The notes under the pieces were generated by a model that was not told the DNA's origin, did not search any database, and saw only the letters and a program-made list of their open reading frames with translations. From Eledone cirrhosa (lineage: Eukaryota): DNA of 64,000 nucleotides. The stretch spans positions 30,690,001-30,754,000 of the forward strand of contig OZ024754.1 in the NCBI GenBank assembly GCA_964016885.1. Reading direction: 5' to 3'. This document shows, in pieces, positions 28,455-40,669 of the stretch; position 1 is the stretch's first letter, and each line of letters starts with the position of its first letter. Position numbers and translations under genes: made by a program.

Positions 28455-28855
28455 TATCATCATCATCATCGTTTAATGTCCATCTTCCACGCTTGCATGG
28501 GTCTGGACGGGAATTGTCCCACTTGAGGCAAGATTGTTGTCTTGCTCAGGACTGTCTGGCGGGTTTTCTACGGCTGGATGCCCTTCCTAACACCAACCAC
28601 GTTTACAGTGTGGACTGGGAGGTTTTTACCGTGTTACCTATATGGCCACATTACAGCGTGGACTGTGTGTTTTTTTTGTCGTGACACCTACACAACCTCA
28701 TTTGTTTCGGACTGGATGTTGTGGTACCAACATAACTTCGCATTTAAGGGGGTGGTGTTGGATGGGGTGGGGGTAGTGGGACGGGGGTGTATTTTGTTAG
28801 AGGTGCCTACTGACTGTAGGTTTCGCTTTGTACTTAGGCAAGGCGGGTCTTCTGT
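28455..28855 (-). mobile_element. RTE 3' UTR fragment (third subfamily)
   Basis: Matches 57116-57520. Related copies at 33635-34090, 39865-40383 and 48820-49220. Confidence 0.75.
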
Positions 28856-28899
28856 ATATATATATATATATATATAAATTGGAATGATGATGATGATGA

Positions 28900-28960
<61 letters not shown>

Positions 28961-29220
28961 TAAATATATATATATGTATCCAGGCAGTGTAACTTGGAGT
29001 TACTGTAAGTTCACCCGAGTAAGCACTCAATGTTTAGGTTAACTTCTGTGTCGAGGTGTAGAGCTATATCTACATGTATATATATATATATATGTATATG
29101 TACATATATATATATGTATATGTACACATATATATATATATATATGTGTATATATATATATATATATATAAAGAATGAATAATAACAGGTAGACATCATA
29201 AAAAGGTAAGTCATTCCGTG

Positions 29221-29332
29221 TGCTTACAAATGTTTCCACGGTGGTAATACAGCCTAGTTATGCTATGTGCAAATTTCCAACTATTTACAGAACTCAAATA
29301 TCAAATGCTGTGACCACTGTATCATCAGAGCA
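29221..29332 (-). ncRNA. Hammerhead ribozyme motif with long stem II insert
   Basis: tgct-CTGATGA-t acagtggt..cacagc...gctgt..accaccgt g-GAAA-CATTTG-TA-agca, inside the (TA)n-flanked segment 29171-29415. Confidence 0.65.
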
Positions 29333-29603
29333 GAATGGTTAAAAAGTACAATGTAAATACCCTTAAGTGAGGTTATTGGAGAAGATAGAGTAGAAAAGGA
29401 AGAGAGAAAAAAAATATATATATAAGTATATGTACATATATATATTTGTGTGTATATATATATATATATATTATGGAATACTGTTGGCTTTTTGCTACAA
29501 TATTTTCTATACCTTTCATTTATATATATATATATATATGCCAAAACCTATCAAAGTTATCAAAGTTATATATACATATATATATGTATATATATCTATA
29601 TCT

Positions 29604-29634
<31 letters not shown>

Positions 29635-29771
29635 TAGATATATAGATATATATGTATATATATATATCATCATCATCATATATGTATATTTATATATAAA
29701 TATATATATAAATATATATATAAATATATACAATATTAAATAAATGGAAACTATATTTATAAAACCATATC

Positions 29772-29837
29772 TATTTCATTATATATATTTCGGGGATATC
29801 ATATTAACAATATGCTATGCCTTCCTCAGACAAAATA
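29772..29837 (-). ncRNA. Type I hammerhead ribozyme motif
   Basis: tattttgt-CTGAGGA-aggcatagcatattgttaatatgatatcccc-GAAA-TATATA-TA-atgaaata. Stem I is 8 bp with two G-U pairs. Confidence 0.75.
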
Positions 29838-30018
29838 CAATATAAACAGTTTTATAGATAAATAGATTCGACATACCGTTATAACACCGACTTGCATTTG
29901 AAGAGGTTAAGCTGCCAGCTTACTAGTTGATATATATATATATGTGTGTGTGTGTACATATATATATTTATGTATATATAAATATATATATACATGTATG
30001 TACATATATATATTTATA

Positions 30019-30074
<56 letters not shown>

Positions 30075-30547
30075 CATATGAACCAATAAATGAAAAGTTA
30101 GATAGATGCCTCTTGATAGGTGTATGATTTAATTGAGACGAGACGTTTGCCGTGCAATGTCGCATAATTAGTGCAAGGTAAAGTGTAATAAGAAGTGCAA
30201 TCTTGCACCATGCACAGTTCTATTCACCAGAATACTGCAATTAAGGAAAATACTGCACTAATGCATTGCCTTTGCAATCTTCTTTTGTATTGGAAGGGTT
30301 AATGTCGGCTCCATCTTTTTATCTCACTAACAATATTTAACAGTTATATACACTTATGTTGCTATATATGGTATATATATGTGTGTGTGTGTGTATATAT
30401 ATATATGTGTGTGTGTGTGTATGTGTGTATATATATATACATGTATGTATGTATGTATGAATGTGTGTATGTATGTATGTATATATGTGTGTATGTATAT
30501 ACATACATATATACACATACAAACATTATACACGCACGCACACACAA

Positions 30548-30578
<31 letters not shown>

Positions 30579-30618
30579 TATACATGCATATATATATATA
30601 TATATATATATCCATATA

Positions 30619-30652
<34 letters not shown>

Positions 30653-30775
30653 CTCATTTACATACACATAGACAAACACATACATAATACATACATACAT
30701 TCATACATACATACATACATACATTCATACATACATACATTCATACATACATACATACATACATACATACATACA

Positions 30776-30809
<34 letters not shown>

Positions 30810-30878
30810 CACATACAAACATTATACACGCACGCACACACAAATATATATATATATATATATACACATATATATACA

Positions 30879-30915
<37 letters not shown>

Positions 30916-30920
30916 ATATA

Positions 30921-30961
<41 letters not shown>

Positions 30962-31031
30962 TCATTTACATACACATAGACAAACACATACATAATACAT
31001 ACATACATACATACATACATACATACATACA

Positions 31032-31065
<34 letters not shown>

Positions 31066-31340
31066 CATACATGTGTTTGGATGTATATGTCACCATCTGA
31101 CTTGATAGATTGATTTGGAAGAAGTGGAAGTAAGACAAAGGAAGATGAAAGAAGGAGGAAGATGGAAGACAGAAGGAAGAAGAACGAAGATGAAGGAGCC
31201 GAAGGGGAAAAAAAGTGATTGATGTGGTAGTGGTGTAGTAGTCGTGGTGGCGGTGTCAGCCGTGATGGTAGTGGTAGCAATAGTAGTAGTAGTAGTAGTT
31301 AGTAGTTGTTGTTGTGGTGGTGGTAGTAGTAGTAGTAGTC

Positions 31341-31372
<32 letters not shown>

Positions 31373-31399
31373 CGTAGTAGTAGTAGCAGTAGTAGTAGC

Positions 31400-31435
<36 letters not shown>

Positions 31436-31451
31436 TAGTAGTAGTAGCAGC

Positions 31452-31495
<44 letters not shown>

Positions 31496-31879
31496 CAGTA
31501 GTAAGTATGTCAAAATTTTCAGGACATTATTATCAATGGATTGGCAGTATCGGTAGAGGGTCGGACGCCATGCTTTGACGCATAGAGTTATGGCCCTTGC
31601 CATTCTGAGTTCAAATCCCGCCGAGGTTAACTTTGCCTTTCATCCTTACGGGGTCGATAAAATAAAGTACCAGTAATGCACTGGGTAATTGCTGGCCTTG
31701 TGCCAAAAGTAGAAACAATTATTCATCATCATCATCATCATCATCATCATTTTACGTCCGCTTTTCCCTGCTTGCAAGATATATATAGTCCCAAAAATGT
31801 ATACACACTTCAACAGCATTCTAATGAATATGTATATACATTTTTCTGGGACCACTCTGTATCATCATTTCTTTTCATT

Positions 31880-32204
31880 TCATTTTACGTCCACTTTTCC
31901 CTGCTTGCAAGGGTGGGACGGGAACTGATTCTGGCTTGATTTCTACAGCTGGATGCCCTTCCTAACACCAACCTCATTTACAGTGAGTGCTGGGTGCTTT
32001 TTTGCCGTGACACCTCCACGACCAGTTTGCAGTGGAATGATATGGACTCCAGTCCCTATCATCTCATTTCTACAGCTGAGTAAACTGGAGCAATGTGAAA
32101 AATAAAGTGTCTTGCTCAAGGACACAACACATCACCCAGTCTGAGAATTGAACTCACAACCTTTCGATTGCAAGGCCAATGCTCTAACCACTAAGCCATG
32201 TGCC
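31880..32204 (-). mobile_element. CORE-like SINE with RTE tail
   Basis: Same family as 10361 and 27218. Confidence 0.85.
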
Positions 32205-32368
32205 TCCATATATATATATATATATATGTCCATTATGAGTTGAGGATCCGCTAAAGTGAAACAATTGTTCTCGGTATGGTGAACGAACTGTTGTGTTACT
32301 ACTGCTCCTAAACTCGTCCCCTGGACTGAGTGCTCTGCCTCTACAGATATTACCTTTCAGTGTTCTAC

Positions 32369-32438
<70 letters not shown>

Positions 32439-32757
32439 GTATATATATATATGTATATATACATAACACATTTAGTTTTTGTTTAAAGTTAGTATGTTGT
32501 AAAGTAGACACTTAACTGCAAATGACTGAATGCGACATACGGCATGTTACATGTGCATTAGGGATAATGCACATGTTGTAATGGTGGGGTGGTGTCAGTG
32601 GTGGGGGAACATGCATTTTGGTGCATACTGAAAAGTGCTTGTCTGATATTGTGGTATATAGTAATGGAAGAGGGGGAGAAAGAATTATATTTGTGTGTTT
32701 GTGTATAAACATAGACACACACATACACATATGTATATATGTGTATGTGTGTATATA

Positions 32758-32897
<140 letters not shown>

Positions 32898-32944
32898 CAA
32901 ATATATACATGTATATATACATGTATGTATATATATGTATGCGC

Positions 32945-32979
<35 letters not shown>

Positions 32980-33014
32980 AAAACATACACACACACACAT
33001 ATGTATATATGTGA

Positions 33015-33048
<34 letters not shown>

Positions 33049-33181
33049 GCATATACATACAAATATATACATGTATATATACATGTATGTATATATATAT
33101 GTATGCACATATATATATGTATATATATATATATATATATACACACAAAAACAAACACACACACACATATGTATATATGTG

Positions 33182-33281
<100 letters not shown>

Positions 33282-34164
33282 CATGTATATACATACATAT
33301 ATATATACTTGTATATATACATGTATGTATATATATATATGTATGCACATATATATATATGGTGAGTGAGAAAGGTGTTGATGCTGAAAATCAAAATATA
33401 AAAAAAAAAACAATAAAACAACATCATCCGCTGTTTAAATATTAGATGATAAAAGTAAAACCTTTCAAGCCTGGCTGTAATATATGGGGAGCGTGATAAT
33501 GTAATGAATATCTGATATATATATATATATATCTATCATTATCATCATCATTTTACGTCCGCTCTCCCCTATATTTATATATATATCATTATCATCATCA
33601 TTTTACGTCCGCTCTCCCCTATATATATAAATATACGAAACAAATGAGGTCGTGTAGGTGTCACGACAAAAAACACACAGTCCACGCTGTAATGTGGCCG
33701 TGTAGGCAACACGGTAAAAACCTCCCAGTCCCACACTGTAAATGTGGTTGGTGTTAGGAAGGGAATCTAGCTGTAGAAAACCCGCCAGATAGTCCACGCT
33801 GTAATGTGGCCGTGTAGGCAACACGGTAAAAACCTCCCAGCCCCACACTGTAAATGTGGTTGGTGTTAGGAAGGGCATCCAGCTGTAGAAAACCCGCCAG
33901 ACAGTTCATGCTGTAATGTGGCCGTGTAGGCAACACGGTAAAAACCTCCCAGTCCCACACTGTAAATGTGGTTGGTGTTAGGAAGGGCATCCAGCTGTAG
34001 ACAACCACTCTTGCCTCAAGTGGGAAAACTCCCGTCCAAACCCATGCAAGTGTGGAACATGGACGTTAAACGATGATGATGATGATGATGATATATATAT
34101 ATATATACACTGATTTCTGTTGGTAAATGCTGTAGAACAACAGAGTCAAACATACTCATTGTGA

Positions 34165-34540
34165 TAAATAGATATTGTAAATATGACTTATAAGTTTCAA
34201 AAAGCTGGTACAATGAGATAGAAATATATAAAGGGCAAATGATGGCAAATAAAACAAAACAAAGTAAAGTTTTACCCAGATTGGCTACTATACTGACTTC
34301 ACATATGTGTATTTCAAACACAGACCAGTTAACGAAGAGTACACTGATCATTTGTTTCTGTTTTAAACTGTTTCAGTTTCACATTTAAAAGGAGGATAGT
34401 AGCCCTGAAATATCATGTTGAAATATACTGGATAAAACATTACCTTGTTTTCTTTTATTTGTCATCCTTTGCCCTTTATATATTTCTACCAACTATTCTA
34501 AACTTATAAATCATATTTATTACATATCTCTCAATGCTTT
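34165..34540. mobile_element. Older fold-back element, family G
   Basis: Diverged inverted arms about 34170-34280 and 34428-34535. A homologous fold-back with almost no spacer lies at 58370-58575. Confidence 0.6.
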
Positions 34541-35256
34541 GTATTAACTATAATAGATATTGTGTATTTATTCAATTCAGGAGTTTTCTTTATAGTTTAG
34601 TCAGGGAGAGATGAGCAGTACCTATGACCATTTTCAGGGCCTACAAGACAGATTTGAGAGAAGGAGAGAGGGAAGATCGTATTCTTGAACTGGAGACTTG
34701 GGTTGAATGCTTGCAACAGATAGGCACCAGCACAAGAAAGTTCTTGGCAAGAATACAGGGCCCACTCTGTCCTACATTGTCTCCATTCATTCACCAACCA
34801 CTTTACAGAGTGTACTGGATACATTTTATCATAGTTCCCCAGCACTAAGGATGTTGTGTTCTCTCTATATGATAATCATAGTTAATCAAGTCATCTCTCA
34901 GTACATGTGTGTATGTAGTTACGTATAAAAAGCTATAATAATAATGTAACCACAAAGAAAAGTTTGTAGTCAGTTGTATTGAATGCAATATATTACTGGT
35001 ACATATTTTATGAAACCCTCAGAACTATGAAAAGCAAAGCTGCTTCTTCTTCTTTAGTCAACCCTCCATTCACAGTGAGCCATTTGCTTTTCCTAATGGC
35101 TAGAATATATGTGGGTCACCACACCTGCATACTCATAGATTTCTAATTAATCATAGGTCATCCAATTAAACTGATGGTCGTCACATGAACTATATATTGT
35201 AATAGATTATCATCAGTTTACTATGAGACAAGCGGGATTTTTATCAAGGCTTACTC

Positions 35257-35463
35257 CTCTAGATCTGACCTGTCCTGCTAGATTATCTCATGATAGCCAT
35301 ATCAGAGACTTTAGATCTGACCTGTCCTGCTAGATTATCTAATGATAGCCATATCAGAGACTCTAGATCTGACCTGTTCTGCTTGATTATCCCATGATAG
35401 CCATATCAGAGACTTTCAATCTGACCTGTTCTGATTGATTATCCCATGATAACAATATCAGAG
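35257..35463. repeat. 52-bp tandem repeat x4
   Basis: (AG)ATCTGACCTGT.CTG.T.GATTATC..ATGATAGCCATATCAGAGACT starting at about 35261, 35313, 35365 and 35417. Confidence 0.9.
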
Positions 35464-35694
35464 GCACCTCATGTAGGTTGTGGCTCTTTATCACACAGGT
35501 TAGTCTTTGAAATGAGAGAGGCTAGGTACTCAGCTTGAATGAGCATATATTGCATGTCATCAGTTCACTGAGTGGTATGTTGAACAGACACTGGGACTCA
35601 TGGGAACACTACAAAAGACCACTGCCAACCAGTGAGAGCTACCACAGCTCTGTACACTCTTAAATTAACATATACATATTTACACACCATATAT

Positions 35695-36232
35695 CATCAT
35701 CATCATTATCATCATCATTTTACGTCCGCTTTTTCCTGCTTGCAAGGGTTGGACGGTTCCTATTCAGCACAGCATCTCTCCACTTGTCACGGTCCTTTGT
35801 CATCTCCTCGGTGAGTTTCAGCGATCTGAAGTCTGCTCTCACCACCTCTGCCCATTTTTTTCGTGGTCTACCTCTACTGCATCTTCCCGCCACTGGGACT
35901 TCCTGGCACTTCTTCGCCCATCTGTCATCCTCCATGCGCATCACATCTCCATACCATCTCAGCCTTCTCTCCTGCAAACCACAACTTATCCCTCTTATAC
36001 CCAGTTTCTTTCTCAACTCATCTATGCTTGGTCGTTCACGCACATTGACATTGCACATCCAACAGAGCATGCTTGCTTCATTTCTCTCCAGCCGTTGCAT
36101 ATCTTCTGCAGTTGCTGCCCATGTCTCATTACCATGCAGCATCGCGCATTTCACACAGTCCTTTTGTATGCAGGGAGAAACCCTTTTTTGTCAACAGAGG
36201 AAGCAGCTCCCTAAACTTCTTCCAATGGCTAT
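35695..36232 (-). mobile_element. 5'-truncated RTE LINE (second subfamily)
   Basis: ORF 35720-36154: MLHGNETW, ERRLRWYG.VMRM, RGRPRKKW. (GAT)n tail. Confidence 0.9.
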
Positions 36233-37019
36233 TGACTCTCATGAGTTTCTCTGCTCTTTGTCAAGTTTTGTTTTACATCCTGTAGGGTGTCCAAAGTCAC
36301 CTTCCTCTTCAACGAAAACTTGGTGGGGTTGCCAGTTTAGTTACTGACAACCCGACCATGTGACATGTTGTACTGGGTTACATGTTACCAGTAGCACTCA
36401 GGAGCGACCTGACAAGCTTGAATGCAATATATTACTGATAGTTGTTTTATAAACCTTGAGAATATAGTTTTACATTTATGGTGTTTGAATGCAAGCCTGA
36501 GCGATATATAACTAAATATTGTAATATATTTAGTTACTTTTTGTTTCATATTTTCTGACAGTTAATGACATTAATAACAACAAAATATATATATGATGAG
36601 TAAAAATTTATTATCTCAGGTGGTAACAATACCACTGTCATGGGATTATGTAATATAGGAAACATGATAATCTTTCTTGATATAGCAACATTTGATATCT
36701 GTAGTGATATCACTGATGTATAATAATGTAATATTACAAGTATGATAATAGAATAATAATGTAATATTACAAGTGTGATAATAGAATTAGCAGGGTTTTG
36801 CATGTTTTCGAATATTTTCTATCCAGCACAATTTAACCTCATTGCTTTTCATTAGAAATACAAATCCTTCAGATTAAAGTTGAAAAATTTAAAGCTCACA
36901 TATATACAAATGTTTGTCTGGTTTTAAAGATGGAGGATAAAGCAGATTTAATGTGCTAATAGCTATAATTATTCATTAACATCCGCTTTCCCTGCTAGCA
37001 AGGGTTGGACAAAAAAGAA

Positions 37020-37138
37020 GGCTTACAGCATCTAGGTTTCCCAAGTGGTCACCCATCTAAGTACTAATTAGTCTCAATGCTGCTTAACTTTGATGATCAG
37101 GCAAGAACTGATGTTTTCAGCATGATATGACCATAAAC
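37020..37138 (-). pseudogene. 5S rRNA pseudogene (full length, CpG-decayed)
   Basis: The minus strand reads GTTTATGGTCATATCATGCTGAAAAC..AAGTTAAGCAG..TTAGTACTTAGATGGGTGACCACTTGGGAA..GCTGTAAGCC, then TTCTTTTTT. This is about 119 nt colinear with metazoan 5S. Confidence 0.85.
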
Positions 37139-37140
37139 TG

Positions 37141-38070
37141 TTATTATGATTTATTTTGCTTTCTGTTCATACAAGTTATCACCAAATCACAACCAGTGAC
37201 CTCAAGAGACAGCATGTTCTACCATGTTAGAAAATGGAGAAATATATAAATATATATTTTTTTAGATGTTTATAATTGTGAGATACTTATATTGACAAAA
37301 TTTTCTTTAGTGTATGGGCAGTTCCCATTAGTATTATCTTTTGTATTTCTTCTATATGTAGGTTTCCTGAAATTTAGGATAAGTAATCATTAGACCCCTA
37401 GATTGCCCACAACCACTGGTATTGTTTTAGCTCTCAACTTCCACACCTTTCCAATCTCTATTTACTGGTCTTTATATTTGCTCATTTTTTCAAATGTTTT
37501 TACTGATGCATCCTTGTCTATAGGAACGGTCATATCAAATAGCAGACATGTTTTGTTGAGAATCTTTCAATGTTATATCAGACCTATTTACATCTATTTC
37601 CAGTCTGTAGACTAAAGTTACACAAAATTGAAATGTGTCTCTTTTCAAGTAGAGGAAGTGGTTGATGCTCCCCCCTATTTTTTTGATAATACTTGCACAT
37701 TATCCAATATATGTATTGTGCAGTTCTGTTGTGCCTGTTAAGATATTTGGTTGGAGCTAAAGGCCCGCACATTGAAATTATATGATCAGTAGTCCCTGGT
37801 TGTTCTTTACACAGACAGCATAATGGTTTACATTCATTTTTTATGATATTGGCTTGATATAATCAGTCCTTCAGTCTTCAATTTATGTCCATAAGATCCC
37901 GACCACTGATGGCTTTTGTCAACATCAGAATTATCAGCTCTTTCTGGGTATTTTCCACACAAAGGCTTTTCTGGCCATTTCTCAGCTAGTTTCCTTAATG
38001 ATTCTTTCTTTTCAATTATCTTTACCTGTTTTGCTTTTTCTGTGGTTATTTTCAAGTCATTAACCACAGA
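37141..38070 (-). mobile_element. Decayed R4/Dong-like non-LTR retrotransposon (restriction-like endonuclease C-terminus)
   Basis: Fragmented frames: KTEGLII, C.PLAPTKYLNRHN, KTCLLFDMTVP.D....KTFEKMSKYKD, IPVVVG.LG, EIQKIILMGTAHTLKKIL. Short TAA tail. Confidence 0.75.
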
Positions 38071-38079
38071 AAACATACC

Positions 38080-38237
38080 ATTTGTCCTGAAACATGAAAA
38101 CAGTAAAAGACTAGACTCCATTACAAAAGATGTACATAGATACTCTAATGAACTACAAAGTTCATAAGTTCATTAGACTGTGTTCTTTTTTTGTAATGGA
38201 GTCTGGCCTTTTACTGTTTTAATGTATCAGGACAAAT
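38080..38237. mobile_element. MITE-like hairpin
   Basis: Inverted arms TTTGTCCTGA..GACTCCATTACAAAA and TTTTGTAATGGAGTC..TCAGGACAAA, with an inner CTAATGAACT/AGTTCATTAG stem. Confidence 0.6.
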
Positions 38238-39814
38238 TTAAGCATCTAATCATTTGATTCCTTTAAATAGGTAGATATTCCAATTGTTGTTGTTGATATT
38301 TTGGACAACATGCTTTGCGGCATAGTTTATGTTCAAATCCCACCAAGGTTAGCTTTGCCTTTTATCCTTATGTGGTCGATAAATAAAGTACCAGTAATGC
38401 ACTAGGGTTGATTTAATCGACTTTCCCCTCCACTTTAAATTGTTGGCCTTGTGCCTAAAGTAGAAACCATTATTATTATTATTATTTATTTGTATTATTT
38501 ATTTCCTTTTTTTACTTTCAGGATTTTACACCAGATATTGTTGCCTTCAAAGCCACAAGAAATGTTGGGACCTAGATCATTGCTTCATCATTTCTCTTGG
38601 GGGTTTACCCTTGACGGTATGTACCCTTTTCAGCTATTATTTTTAGTTTGCTTCCCATTGAGGGGTCAAGTTTTCATTTTCCACAGGTTCCATTTTCTGA
38701 CACTCTTTTGCTCTTTCTCACACACTCTCTCTCTCTTTCTCCCTCTTTTTCTCACACTTATAATGCACCTTGACCACACTGTAAAGTGATTGGTGATAGG
38801 AAGGGCATCCAGCAAGAAAAACTCTGCCAAAATCATGGAAAAATGGAATATATATATATATATATATATATAAGGAAGAAAGTAAGTGTTCGTAAAATCC
38901 AGTACTTCAGTATGCGGATAGGGAGCACTCAATGAAGATATAAGTTCTGGGGTTATAATATGTCCCAAGGCTCTGATACCATCAACACTAAAAACACAGA
39001 GCTGGCATATCTAAGAACTGACTAACTGCCTGATGAGGTCATAGCCATTCAATGGCTATCATCGAAATATATATAGCAGTAAATAAAGGATTATGAGTTC
39101 ATGCAATTGACTTATGTTTCGTCACTATATATATATATATATATTTATATATATAACCCATGCTAGCATGGAAGATGGACGTTAAACGAAGATGATGATG
39201 ATGATGATATATATAATGATCAGAGGGTGAAATGATTTTTTAGTTTGCTGGTGGAGCTGTTATGTTAAAATGTAACAGCCAATTCCAAAGAGAAAGCCAT
39301 AAAACCATTATGTATACATTGGGTGGGGTATCATCAACTGTTGACTATTAGATAGTATTTGGACAACATATGAGGAATCTTTATAATACAAAGGCAATCT
39401 CAGAAGCGGTGGTCATTATACAGCGGCTTCTTGTTGTCTGTGACCTGAGGATAAAATGTAGAAGATGAGCTGAGTAAAGGAAATATCAACCAAGGCTGAA
39501 GAGAAATGGAATGAGATGTTTGGGTCATGTGTTGAGGAAGGGCAAAAGTAACTGAGGGAGAGGAGTGATGGAAATGAATGTAGAAGGAAGTAGAAGAAAG
39601 AGATGATCAATGAAGACATGGCTAAAGATGATAGAGAAGGAATTGAATGGCAGGGGGTTGGTAAATGGGGATGCTAGGATAGGAGAAAATCGAGAAATCT
39701 TGTGATGGGGGACCCGCAAGGCTAACCCCTTCATTAACAGGAAAAATGGCTTTAAAACACATGTGTTGTTGTATATACATACCTTGATGCAATTATACAT
39801 ATTTATACAAATGC

Positions 39815-39866
<52 letters not shown>

Positions 39867-40669
39867 GCCTTGCCTAAGTACAAAGAGAAACCTAAGTACA
39901 AAGGCACCTCTAACAAAAATACCCTCCCCGCCGCCCCACCACCTCCGCCCCACCCACACCACCTCTTTCGATGTAAAGTTATGTTGGTACCACAACATCC
40001 AGTCCGAAATAAATGAGGTCGTGTAGGTGTCACGACAAAAACAAACACACAGTCCACGCTGTAATGTGGCCGTGTAGGTAACACGGTAAAAACCTCCCAG
40101 TCCACACTGTAAACGTGGTTGGTGTTAGGAAGGGCATCAAGCCGTAGAAAACCCGCCAGACAGTCCACGCTGTAATGTGGCCGTGTAGGTAACATGGTAA
40201 AAACCTCCCAGTCCACACTGTAAATGTGGTTGGTGTTAGGAAGGGAATCCAGCCGTAGAAAACCCGCCAGACAGTCCTATGCGAGCAAGACAACCAATCT
40301 TGCCTCAAGTGGGAAAACTCCCATCCAAACCCATGCAAGCGTGGAAGATGGACATTAAACGATGATGATGATGATGATGATGATATGTATATATATATAC
40401 ACACACACATGTCTATATATATATATATATATATACATACATGTGTGTGTGTATAACTTCATGTACACCATCAAATGAACTTAATGGAAGATGTTATTCC
40501 CTCTCACTCTTTTTCTCTCTCTTTGTCCCCCTCTCTCTATATTTTCTCTTTTTCTCTTCCCATTTCTCTCCCTCACTTTCTCTCTCTCTTTCTCTCCTGA
40601 AGAATCAATATGGTAGGCTGACATATATTGATGGCTAGAACAGTGACTGCAGCAGAAGCAGCAGTCACA

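Noticed and set aside
32549-32576. 12-bp hairpin ACATGTGCATTA/TAATGCACATGT as a miRNA precursor
   Set aside because: The stem is too short and there is no known seed match.
34624-34848. 74-aa ORF with a coiled-coil-like stretch
   Set aside because: No recognisable family or clear splice sites; possibly a decayed LINE ORF1.
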